From: Callorhinchus milii
Taxonomy: Eukaryota
Length of the DNA: 64,000 nucleotides
Direction: 5' to 3'
Assembly (NCBI RefSeq): GCF_018977255.1
Contig: NW_024704743.1
Span: 109,060,001-109,124,000, forward strand
The notes beneath the pieces were generated by a model, which made no database searches, was not told where the DNA came from, and saw nothing but the letters and a program-made list of their open reading frames with translations. Of the stretch, positions 40,050 to 51,288 are shown piece after piece. The position numbers and the translations under genes are program-made. The number at the start of each line of letters is the position of its first letter. Within the stretch, counting starts at the first letter, position 1.

Positions 40050-43000
40050 TCACAACAACAACAAAATTACATTTGTATAGTGTATTTCACATCGGGAGGA
40101 CATCCCAAGGTGCTGTATAATCAATGTTTCAGACCCGAGTTGGGGGTTGGGATTGGGGAGGGTAGAGGGCAGGATGGGAGGGAGGGTGATCGAAGGTATG
40201 AAGAGGAGCATCTTGAGACAGGTCTTGAAGGAGGCAAGGGAGGGGGCAAGACGGAGAGACAGCGGGATGGAGTTTCAGAGGGTAGGGGCAGATTGGGGCT
40301 GAAGGCCCACCCGTGAATGGTGGGGTGGGTGAGGCACGGGACGTGAAGCAGGCCAGGGTCCGCTGAGCGGAGGAAGCAGGCAGGATGGTAGGGGGTTAGG
40401 ATGTCATAGAGGGAGGGGGGAGCAAAGCCATGGAGGACTTTGAAGGTGAGAACCAGGATCTTGAACTGTATCTGTGTGATGGGAAGCCAGTGGAGTCAAG
40501 TGTGAATGGGGGTGATAGAGTCAAGGAGCCTGGTGCAGGAGACGACACGAGCTGCAGAGTTCTGGATGATCTGCAGTTTATGGAGGGAGGAGTTAGGGAG
40601 GCCGACAAGCAGGGAGTTTGCATAGTCAAGCCTGGATGTTATGGATGTATGAGGGTTTCAGCGGCCTGCGGTGTGAGACAGTGGTGGAGCCAGGCAATGT
40701 TGCAGAGGCAGGGGAAGGCAGAGCATGTCATGCCATGGATGTGGGGTAGAAAGGATAGTTGAGGGTCAAACAAAATGCCAAGGTTCTGGACTGGCTTAGT
40801 GAGGTGAAGTGTGCATCCTTGGATGGTGATGCTGCCAGCGCCTGAGGTGTGGAGGTGCTGACGGGAGCCAATCAGGAGAGCCTCGGTCTTGTTGACGTTC
40901 AAACTGTAGAAAGTTAGCTCTCATCCAGGATTTGATGGTAACACTCAGCAGGTCAGGCAGCATCTATGGAGAAAGGAAAGTGAGTCAACGTTTCGGATCC
41001 ACGACCCTTTGTCAGAACTGGGGCATTGCTGTAACTCATGGAGTGGTCATACACATTTTACGTAGTGCTCTTTACAGCTGCTGGAGAGGTCAGATTGCAA
41101 AGCGCTGTGCTGAGCATGCTCCATCCCTGCTGTGTCTGAAGTTCCTGTAGTGCAGTATTTGAGGAACAGCAATAACAGCAAAAGAAGCTCCATTGCCTCC
41201 AGCCACACCACGTTTACTACTGTAATGACACAAGACCTATTTTGCTGCAATTTTTCCCCTCTTTGTTTTGCAGTATTAACACCTCTATTCCCCTGCTTTG
41301 TTGCAATCCCCCTCATTTGTTTTGCATCATTAATGCCTCTTTAACCCATCATCCCCTGTTCTCTACCCCATTTTCTCCTTTGTCTCCTTGCCTGCCTCCC
41401 CACTCTCTATTAGCCCTTAAAAGCCTCTCCCTCCCAACATGCCCCATTTCTGACAAAGGGTCGTGGACCCGAAACGTTGACTCACTTTCCTTTCTCCATA
41501 GATGCTGCCTGAACTGCTGAGTGTTCCCAGAGACTTCTGTTTTTGTTTCAGATTTCCGCCATCTGCAGTATTTTGCATTTTATCCAGGACTTGATGTCTG
41601 ACAGACATGGTGTCAGGACAGCAGTGGTCCTGGAGTCCGAGGGTGGAAGCAGAGAGATAGAGTTGGGTGTCATTGGCATACATGTGAAAGTTGACCCCTT
41701 GTCCGCGGATGATGTCACCAAGAGGGAGCATCTAGATATTGAAGAGGAGGGGACCAAGGATAGAGCCCTGAGGAACACCGCACAAGATGGTGTGGGGGCT
41801 AGAGGAGAAACCATTCGTGGAGATGAAGTGGAGACGGTGTGAGAGGCAGGATCTGAACCATTCAAGGTCAGAACCATGAAGGTTGATGTGAGAGGAGAGG
41901 CGATGGAGGAGGATAGAGTGGTCAATGGTATCAAAGGCAGCAGAGAGGTCAAGTACGACGAGGCAGAGGGAGCCCTAGTCACAAATGGACAAAATGTCAT
42001 TGATTACTTTGACCAAAGTTGTTTCTGTGCTGTGGGCAGTACGGAAACCCAATTGGAGGGGTTGGTGAAGGGAGTGGCGGAAGAAGAAGGAGCGTAGCTG
42101 GGAAGCATTGACTCATTCCAGCACCTTGGAAAGGAAAGCAAGGTTGGAGACGGGGTGGTAATTTGAGAGCAGGGATGGGTCAAAGGAGGTTTTTTTAGGA
42201 TAGGAGTATGACGGCCATTTTTAAAGGGGAGGGAAAGGTGCCAGTAGACAGGGAGAGGTTTATGATGTCTGTGAGTAGAGGGGCAAGGAGGCAAAGAGCT
42301 GGTAGATAAGCAGAGGGGTAGGGATCGGGTCGAGGGAGCAGGTGGTCGGTTTCATGTGAGCTATGTGGTGGTAAGAAAGGAGGGGGAGGCAGGTTCAAAG
42401 TTATGGAGGGATGGATGGGTAAGGGCCAAGGAGTGAGGGGGAGATTGGGAAAGCTGATAGTAGACGGAAAGGCAGAGGCAACTGAGCAAATCCCCTCGAC
42501 TTTGGTTTTGAGGAAGTCCAGCATCACCTCGCAGTTGGACTTGGAGGAGATGATGGGCGAGGCGTGAGAAGGTGGGAGGAGGAGCCGGTTGGTGATGGAG
42601 AAGAGGAACCTGAGGTTGTCCTTGATCTCCAAGATTGTCTTGAAGTGGAAGAACTATTTAGCGGAGGTCCAGCCAGATCTGCCGATGGACCGTTAAATTA
42701 GATTTGAGCCAGGTGCATTCAGCGGGACACACCTGTGCTTTAAGGGAGCGGAGGTGGCTGATACACCAGGGTGACTTCCGTGAGTAGGAGACGGTTCAGG
42801 AAGTGAGGGGAGCAAGGGAATAGAGAGTGATGGAGAGGGATTTGTGGAAGAGAGTGACCGAGGAGGATAGGTCATTGCGGGAGGAAGCCCACAGTGGGAG
42901 GAGTTCAGATGACTCCAAGGCAGTGGAGAGGGACGTTGAGGCCCCAAGTGCACCAGGTTGAGCGGGTGTTGGTGGATGTGAGCTGGCGGAGTGGATGTGG

Positions 43001-43440
43001 AGGGAGAGGTTGAGGGAGGAGAGGAGGGAGAAGTCAGCAGAGGTAGGAGGGAGTGAAGTGAAGGTTGAGGTCATCTAGGATAAGGAGGCGTTCGGACTGA
43101 GGGAAAGAGAAGATAGGAGAGTGGCGATGTCAGGGAGGAAGGTGGGGGAGGGCTTGGGGAGGGGGCGTTAGATGACGAGAATTTTGAAGGATAGGTTGGA
43201 GGGGTGATAATGAGTAAGGTGCTCAGAGGGGAATGTTCCGGAGAAGAAAGGGGATAGGCTGAATGGGGACTGGGAGATGAGAGCCATACCGCCACCACCA
43301 CGGCCGTTAAGGTTGTGGGGTACGACGGAAGGTGTAGCCGGGTGGCGTGGCCTCTGTCAGGGAGGGGAAAGGTGTCGCCTAGTTTCGGTAGGTGCGAGGT
43401 TGTCAATGTTTTCATCGACAATGAGGATAGTGAATGTTTG
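40050..43440 (-). mobile_element. long degenerate L2 LINE (about 3.4 kb including the PLE insertion)
   Basis: Colinear RT remnants (PLGDIIR..VNFHMYANDTQLY; APLLTDIINLSLSTGTFPSPLKMAVI; DNLRFLFSITNRLL) and a (TTG)n tail at about 40050. Confidence 0.85.
40938..41581 (+). mobile_element. Penelope-like element insertion with inverted terminal repeat, minimal hammerhead-like motif and captured local DNA
   Basis: Inverted repeat about 40939-41024 vs 41441-41525, containing CTGACAAAGGGTCGTGGACCCGAAACGTT. Flanked by a 15-bp TSD atccagga(t/c)ttgatg at 40923-37 and 41582-96. Confidence 0.8.
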
Positions 43441-43839
43441 ATTGGAGAGGAAGCGGACATTTTGTAGGCCGATGCAGAGGGGACAGTTGTGGCGGAATGT
43501 GGGGAACAAGGAGGGGTAGGATTGACAGGGAGGGTGGGGATGTAGATGAGGGAGAAGAGGTTGGTCCCCAGGCTCAAAGACTTGCCACCTTCAAGACCCG
43601 TCTCAAGACCCTCCTCTTCGATCATGTTTTCAATCTTCCTGCTTCCCCCACTGCCCTCCATCCTCCCCGACCCCCAGCTCAGGTCCGTAACTCTGTCTGT
43701 CCAGCACCTTGTGACGTCCTCCCGACGTAAAAGGTGCTCTACAAATGTAATTTTGTTGTTGTTATTGTTGCTGATGGTCCTTGTGGCGGGAATGGGAGAT
43801 AGGGCAGTCAGAGTGGCTGCTGTTGGACAGTCAGCCAAG

Positions 43840-44545
43840 ACTACAACAACATGCACTTATATAGTGCTCTCCAAAGGAGGGGGCGTTGGGGAGGTGACCA
43901 TAAGCACGGGTCGAAAAGGAAGATTTTAAGGCGGGACTGGAAAAACGGGAGAGAGGAAGCAAATCGGAGGGGCTAAGGGAGAGTGTTCCAAAGTTTCAGG
44001 GCGTGGTGGCTGAAGGGCGACCTAAAATGCTGAAGCAGAGGGAGCGAGGGACAAGCAGGAGGCTCGTGCCAGTTGAGCGGAGGCGCCGGGTGGTGGATTG
44101 GGAGTGAGGAGGTAGGGAGGTGCCAGAGAATGAAGGGATTTGAACACGAGCGTGAGGATCTTGGAAGTCGAGGAGCCAGTGGAGCCTGGCCAGAGCTGGT
44201 GAAATGTGGGTACGGAGTTCGGGTCCNGGGTCAGTATGCGGGCAGCAGAGTTCCGAGTGAACAGTGGAGCCGGGGAGGCCGGCGAGGGGTGCGTTTTGAG
44301 TAATCCGGGTGGGAGGCGGGCAATGTGGCGGAGGTGGAAGAAGGCGCTCCTGGCCATGGGGCCGGATGCGGGGGATTAGGAAAGGACGGCAGCGCCGGGG
44401 AGGTGGGGGGGTCGAACCGGACGCCCAGATTGCGAGCCGGTTTCGATGAGCGTGAGGGAGCGCCCGGGTGGGTGGGGGGGGGGGAGGTCGAGGCGTTTAG
44501 CGCCGCGGGAGTGCAGACGCTGAAAGGGAGCCAAGGAGTAACGGC
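43840..44545 (-). mobile_element. L2 LINE 3' relic, increasingly CpG-rich toward 44.5 kb
   Basis: ARNLGVRFDPP, MARSAFFHLRHIARL and KILTLVFKSLHSLAPPYL remnants. Contains an ambiguous base n at 44227. Confidence 0.75.
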
Positions 44546-45150
44546 TGAGGGCGAAGTGGGGTCGGGGGAGGTAACGTGGCGTGGCGAGCCCGCGGGGAGG
44601 GGAGAGTGGGGTCGAGTGGGGAGGGAGACCATGTCGTGGTGTCAGGGAGGCGAGGCTCTCAGGGGGAGAGCGAGGGTAGGCGGGCGGATGTGACGTCACG
44701 CGGCAGTCGGAGTCGACTGGAGGCGTCGGCGATGGCCGCGATGGTGGTCTGGAGCAGCCGAGACGGCGAATCCCCCGCCGTCGGCTCCGCGCCGAACAGG
44801 TAAGACCCGGGTCCCTCTCCCCGCGTCGGATCCGCTGGGCCGTTGGGGGCGTCGGAGCCCGCGCCCGGTGTTGCCCTCCCGCGCGCTGGCGTGTTCGACC
44901 CGAGGCCCCGCGCCAGGGGCGTCGACCCCCGGCCTTGCTTCAGGAGGCCACGTGCAGCCGCCTCGGTCCCGGTTCCAGGCCGCCCCCCGCTCCCCCGCGG
45001 CGGGAGGCCTCGAGCCCGGGAACCCCTGGCAGCCCCGCTCCGCCCACGCGTCTGGATTGCAAAAAAAAAAAACACACTACGGGGCTTTCTCCCTGATTTA
45101 CCATCGTGTTCGGCGACGTCGCGCCGCCCGACCGCCGCCATCTTGAATCC
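44250..45150 (+). promoter_or_regulatory. intronic CpG island / alternative promoter (GC box, CRE, YY1, ZNF143-like)
   Basis: Very dense CpG. GGGCGG at 44682-87, TGACGTCA at 44691-98, SBS-like tttaccatcgtgttcggcg at 45097-45115, GCCGCCATCTTG at 45134-45. Confidence 0.75.
44732..44799 (+). CDS. TRIM55: putative alternative first coding exon of TRIM55 (RING-less isoform)
   Basis: gcgATGG Kozak context, MAAMVVWSSRDGESPAVGSAPN ag|GTAAGA. 68 nt, phase 2, the same phase exon 3 requires. Confidence 0.55.
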
Positions 45151-45920
45151 TCGGATGTTGGTGTGAAGAGACCAAACCATCACCACCATCATCGTGACCC
45201 TTACATTTGATCTTCGAGACGCCTCAAAGGGCTTCGCAGGATAAACTGTGAAGTGAATTGACTGTATATTTCGTGTCGAGAAAGGCGGCAGCCGATTAAT
45301 TGCGCGCAGGATTGGCTGCAATTAGACTGTCAAGTAAGGCAGCGAATGAAAGCTGTACTCCATGAGCGCAGACAAGGATCGTATCATTATTAATTCATTA
45401 TTCAAAAATAAATTAATTATTATTTTTTTTATTATTATTAAAAAATAAAAATGTTAAAAAACAATCATCCTGCTTTTATTTGAATATCTCAAAGCACTTC
45501 ACAGGGAATTGCCGTCAAAGACAGCAACTCTGTAATCGTAGCAGCAACTATTTTATGCTTAGCAATGTCCCACAAACAGCCATAAAGTGAACGATCAATT
45601 TATCTTGAATAGCTGTTGGCCAGAAATTTTTGATTAGTGGAAGCGTCAAACAACCCTGGATGTTTACTGTTAATTTTGAATCATAGAAATTTATTATATA
45701 TACTGTAGAAGCCTGTTAAGCCAGACACATATAGTGGAATAATAATATAGGATAATATTAATATTACAACGAAGGAAGCCATTGGCTCATCGCATCTGCA
45801 CTAACTTTCAGAACAAGCTGTACTTTCATTCCCAATGCCCAGCCTGTCCCAGTCCTCTTACTCCTTGCATCTTGTCTCTTCAAATTAACCCAGAGCTGCA
45901 AAAATGCATTCTGTTTGCAG

Positions 45921-46086
45921 ACCTGTAAAGAAGATTGAACTGCCTATGTGTGAAGAGCACGATGAAGAAAAGATCAATATCTACTGCCTGACATGTGAAG
46001 TACCCACATGTGCCTTGTGTAAAGTGTTTGGGGCTCACAAAGACTGCGAGGTGGCTCCACTCAACAATGTTCACAAAAGACAAAAG
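45921..46086 (+). CDS. TRIM55: TRIM55 exon 3 (B-box 2)
   Basis: ttgcAG|a [61 protein letters not shown]. 166 nt. Confidence 0.96.
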
Positions 46087-46913
46087 GTGGGTGTTCTATC
46101 CTCATTGTCCTCTCCAGTTTACAGTGTCTTCCCTCATCCTTGGGCCTTCCCAATAGAGAACAGGCAGCAATATGCTCCTAATGTTATTTGGTCATGCACT
46201 GGGAGTGAAGCAATCAGGACAAGAAATTCACCCCCTACTAATCCTTGGCTTAATATGTTGATACACCAGAGAACCATACCCCCAGGCTGCCTTAGCACAA
46301 AAATTACAGTTTAAAAATTTGCCCCCGAGCTTCACTAATGGGTAAATGCACTGTCTTTTGCCATTTCAGTCAGGATAGCAGTTAAAGTTAAATCAACTGG
46401 CCGTTTGATTAGGGAAGGGGGTATGACTCGATATTCCCACTCCAATTATAGAAAGCCCTGGTAGAATGTGCATGCACGTGCACATTTGACAAGGACAGTT
46501 TGGAGTTAGTTATGATTTCTCAGCATTTGCATTTACTGCCAACGTTTATTGTTGAGGCTCCCCCATAAATGATAGTCACTTGGGACAGGTACCAGACTCG
46601 GGCTCGGGTCCAGAGAGCAACCAGGATCCGAGGAACTATACACCCATAAAAGGGGGGAAAAGGGGTCAAACTGCCTTCAGGAGAAGGAAGGAAGGAATAA
46701 ACTGGAGCAGGAAAATCTTGGGATTGGAAAATGTTTGAGGTGATGGTTCTGACAGCAAAGCTATTTCAGTAATTATTGGTTGCATCTTGTCTTGATTATA
46801 ATTTCAGTTGCAGAAAAAAAATGTCATATCTGAAACTGGAGGGCTTTAGTCATATAATTACTGCTTGTCTCAATTAGATTTTACCTGTGTCATTTACTGT
46901 ATCATTTGTCCAG

Positions 46914-47009
46914 TGTGAACTCACTGATGGAATTGCAATACTGGTGGCAAGCAACGACAGACTCCAGTCTGTGATCGCTCAGTTGGAAGACACATGCAAA
47001 ATCATTGAG
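46914..47009 (+). CDS. TRIM55: TRIM55 exon 4 (coiled coil)
   Basis: cc[40 protein letters not shown]. 96 nt. Confidence 0.93.
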
Positions 47010-47500
47010 GTATTTATAACCTTTCTTACAATACTATACATATTTATATAGCACCTCTAATGTTGGAAGGATGTCAATTGGGAGCATTTGAAAACAAATT
47101 GAACAAGCACATGCTGACGAAAGGTATTAGAGGGTATGGGGGAAAAGCAGGGTTAGGATGAATGTTTCTTGGAGTAGCAAACATTTACCCTAAGTAATTC
47201 CTGGTAAGACCTCTTCCTCATATATTTGTGTGGTCTTAATCCCTTTTAAGAAATGCGGAGATCAGGCTTCCAAATTAAAAAGCAATCTTAAGAATTTTAC
47301 ACAATTCTCCACACTTAAATTTGACGATTATGGTTTTCAGGGCACAATCGCAAGGTATTTTAGGTGTCTTGTTCAGCGAATACATCCAATTCTCGACAGG
47401 TCAGCTTCGCCAGTTTGAGCTTGTAATGGGATTTTCTCTCTGCGGAGAGTTGGGAAAAGTGAGACCTGTGCTAAAAAGCTGATACTGAAATATGTTGCAG

Positions 47501-47734
47501 GACAATAGTAGGAGTCAAAAAGAAACCATGTGCGAAAAGTTTGATGGTCTGTATCAAATCTTGGAGGAACGGAAAAAGAACATGTTGCAAAAAATTACAG
47601 TGGAACAGGAAGAGAAGACACAACATGTGCGTTCGCTGGTGAAGCAATATGGAGACCACCTCGAGATGGTGTCCAAGGTCGTTGAGTCTGGGCTGCAGTC
47701 CATGGAGGAGCCTGAGATATCTGTCTTTATACAG
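47501..47734 (+). CDS. TRIM55: TRIM55 exon 5 (coiled coil)
   Basis: gcAG|DNSRSQKETMCEKFDGLYQILEERK...GLQSMEEPEISVFIQ|GTACTG. 234 nt. Confidence 0.95.
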
Positions 47735-48746
47735 GTACTGAGATGAGATGGGTTTAATCATGTGTAAGTTAACAATAAGCCGTTTGAATGCGTTGCAATT
47801 GGCTGCCGCATTTCACCCACAACTAATACAGCCAATTCACTTTACAGTATATTCTGTGAAGCACCTTGAGACGTCTCGAAGATGTGATAAGGCGCTATAT
47901 CAAATGCAAGGATTATTATTATTAATTGTGAGCAAGAAGGTATACATATATGTGTCGGGAATTTTGCTGTGCCAAGGATTCATTTGGTAGAAAGGTGAAA
48001 GGAAGTACTAAAATAATCACCAGCATTGTACAAACATGTTTTTTATGGACCACAATAAAAGTTGTAATATCCTCAGTATTTGTCACTTGTAGTGATACAC
48101 AGAAGAGACCAACAAACACCGGGAGCAGCAAGAATAGCAATTACTAATGCTTATTTATAGGATATTTTGTTATGCATTGTTATATTAATAAACCTCTGAG
48201 ATGCTACCCTGGATGAAGGGTGCTACATAAATGGAAGTTGTTGTTGGCGGTGGTGTTATGGTATTATTTGGAGTTAATCTGGTTTAACTCTTGAATTACA
48301 TGATTTTAATTTTACTCATGCAGACCAGAAAGTTGCATATTTGAATCTCATTCTGCACTGACTTAAATGATCTCAGCCAGGTGAATATTCAGAGCACTGG
48401 AACTGCCCTCCACCCCCTTTTTTTGATTGGCCAGGAGTCTGACAAAGTAGAAACCCATATCACCAAACCAAATTGAGAATTCCTTGCATCCTATCTACAC
48501 ATGGAAATTCCAAAGGCAGAGTGTTGGAATGGAATGCGCACTCTTTCCCTGGAGTGACGGATCCTGCTTATCAATGCCCCTGGGTTAGCAAGAGGAAAAT
48601 CAGCCAAGCGTCCTGCTCGTGATTGCTATTCAGTGTTCTCCACTGGAAGGTTACCTGTGCAGATAGGATTGGTGCGGATAGGACTGATTCGGGGCAGTTG
48701 ATCAGTTTAGTTTTAAGCATTTAACAAAATTCCTTTTCTCTTACAG

Positions 48747-48769
48747 AACGCCAAGCCTCTCCTCAAAAA
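48747..48769 (+). CDS. TRIM55: TRIM55 exon 6 (23-nt micro-exon)
   Basis: ttacAG|NAKPLLK aa|GTAAGT. Keeps the frame between exons 5 and 7. Confidence 0.9.
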
Positions 48770-48888
48770 GTAAGTACCCAACTCTGCTGTTTATGCATGC
48801 TCTCCTTTAACTTTAAAATGGTAAAAAAAAGGATTGTCACAATGCCAAGTTCTAATGCAAATGCACAAGTGCTGTCTGACTTTTTCAG

Positions 48889-49013
48889 AATTTCAGAAGC
48901 ATCCAAAATATCACATCTGGAAATGATACAACGTGGTTATGAAGACATGAGCCACTTTTCAGCAGACTTGAGGAAAGGAGAAAGGCTTCTTAAAGAGATT
49001 GATTTCCAGAAAT
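48889..49013 (+). CDS. TRIM55: TRIM55 exon 7 (COS box region)
   Basis: tttttcAG|a ISEASKISHLEMIQRGYEDMSHFSADLRKGERLLKEIDFQK t|GTGAGC. 125 nt. Confidence 0.92.
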
Positions 49014-49548
49014 GTGAGCAAATTCAGCAACCATCTTCAAAGATTTAATTTTTTCTAACTAATTCTACTCAGTTTTATGGTCCCTTGATTTAGTTTTACA
49101 CTGTATTACATTTACAGTATTTAGCGAATTGATTGTGCTCATTTAAAAAAATCACTTGTCCTTAGATAGCATTGTTATAGTGGACTTGGTCAAGGATCAG
49201 AAGAGGCAAGGGTTAAACAAAACTCAGAGATTGTGCACTGGCTCCTAGAACTGGAGTGGATAACATTTCTTTTAAAATATCTGTGACCAATTCACAAAGT
49301 ATCGCTTATTTCCACCATTTTCTACATGAATTGACTCCGTGTAAGGGGATTGATTCCTAAAACCTTTCTAGTTGAAAGCAGTGTGAGCACACTGAGTTTA
49401 TCCAAACTAGCATGGTATTGGCAACCTGTAACACTGTATTGATGCAGAAAGTAAAACGTATTTAGAGGCAAGACGTGTGTCATGTCAGACCTTTTTGTGA
49501 GTTGCTCTTACCTCCTTTCAAAGTGATGTTCTTTTTTAATGTGCACAG

Positions 49549-49748
49549 TTGAAGAGGAGGAGGATGAGCTGGACCAAGCGGATGAGGCAGAGGAAGAAGA
49601 AGTTCACACTGAAGTTTCTGAAGGAGAGGATGATGTTGCCACTACTGTACTGCCACCTGACACTGCAGCAGAACTGAAACCGATAGGCACCAGTGCATTG
49701 CCGTTAGGGAAGGAAAGTGGTTCAGTGCCAGAGATAGCTTTTCAACAG
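49549..49748 (+). CDS. TRIM55: TRIM55 exon 8 (acidic region)
   Basis: cacAG|tt EEEEDELDQADEAEEEE...VPEIAFQQ|GTAACT. 200 nt, restores phase 0. Confidence 0.88.
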
Positions 49749-51003
49749 GTAACTCTTAACACTCAACACTTGATGTTAATATTTGAGAAATAACTGTTTT
49801 TTATATGTTGCGGTATCCCAGAGGGAAGCAACAACAACTTGCATTTGTGACCTGCAACCCTATTGCCCTGGCTACTCCCTCTCCTCAGCCTGCTTCATGT
49901 CCTTGCCCAAACTGCAACTTCATCATGCTTTTAGCCATTCTGTCCTCACTCTCTGGAACTCCATCCTGGAGTCTCTCCACCTCGCCCCCTCTTTCTGCAT
50001 CTTTTAGCCCACCTGAAGACCTTCTTTGCAACCACACTTTTGATTATCTTTCACCCTTCCCTACCCTTCTTAGCTGCCGCCACCCCTAAACTCAGACTCC
50101 CAGTCAGCTACATGAAGTGCTTTTGAGATGTCCTCCTGATGCAGTGCTAAATAATATAAATAATTGTTGTGTATCAATGTGCCAGCTAATCTCAAGAGAA
50201 TTTCTTCTTATTCACCTTCAGTGAGCACACGATTCGTTCTAACTGGCCCATTTTCCAAATCATGAATCTCACATCAAATAGATGGTAATGGTTGGGGGAA
50301 ATGCGAGTTCCACTTTGCTGTCATCATAGGAACTTGCTTGCATTCAGGTCCAGCATGATGTATATGGATGGGAAGGACTGGTAGGTAACACATAAGTGGC
50401 ACTGATTTGGACTGATTTAGTGAGTACTTGAGAAAAGCAGCTCAAAGATGGTGTATAAAGAGCCACTGACAGCAGTGATAAGAAGCAAAGGCAAGGGGGG
50501 AGTCATCTCAGGAACATGAGTTATCTCAATAAAAAAAAGGGTGATTCCCTCAATGAGGATGAGCAGTTATCCCTAGAATAATGCTCAAATTCAACCAAGA
50601 AAAAGAAAAATGCCATTAAGTTTAAATTTTATTTTAAACTCATTATAGTGCTAGATGGATAAAAGTAGATACTGTCTATGTTACAGTGCTGGGGAAGTAC
50701 TGCATTGTTGGAGCTACCATCCTTCTGATAAGATGTTAAATTGAGGTCCTGTCTGCCTGTTCAGGTGGATGTTAAAGAACTTACGGCAGTTGAAAAGAGA
50801 AAAAGAAACATCTCCCAGTGCCCTGGCCAACAAACTCCCAAATTAAAAAGATGATCATTCACTTCTTGGCTGTTTGTGGGACATTGCTGCGCATGATTTG
50901 GACTGCTCTCACATTCACCTAGATATACAAGTGATTTGAAGCAATAAGGCACCTAAGTAAATGCAAGGTTATTGTTATTATTCCTCTAACTGTCTTTATA
51001 TAG

Positions 51004-51288
51004 GCACCAGTTGAGCTGAGTGGGGCTCGTGGTGTTGAGGGATCTCAGTTGGTGTCAACAGCAACAACTGCCGATACTCTGCTTCACCCAACCTGCAAGA
51101 AAGCTCCGATGTTGGATAAGGCTGGCCCCAGTGTGGAGCTAATGAGCAGCAGTTCAGGAGGCAGTAACAGTGAGATCGGGTCAACAGGATCCACTGAGAA
51201 AGGCACAAAGAAACCCGCAGCAGATCACAGTTCGGCTGCACTTGAAGGGGAAGCTGATGAAGCTAGTTCAGATGCAGCTGCATTGCAG
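51004..51288 (+). CDS. TRIM55: TRIM55 exon 9 (low-complexity tail)
   Basis: tatAG|APVELSGARGVEGSQLVSTATT...EADEASSDAAALQ|GTCAGT. 285 nt, open, phase 0-0. Confidence 0.8.

Noticed and set aside
44659..45321. 220-aa minus-strand ORF, including a possible antisense exon MAAVGRRDVAEHD|gtaaat
   Set aside because: Explained by GC-richness, a SINE tail and the YY1/ZNF143-like motifs read backwards. No downstream minus-strand exons were found, though antisense transcription is not excluded.
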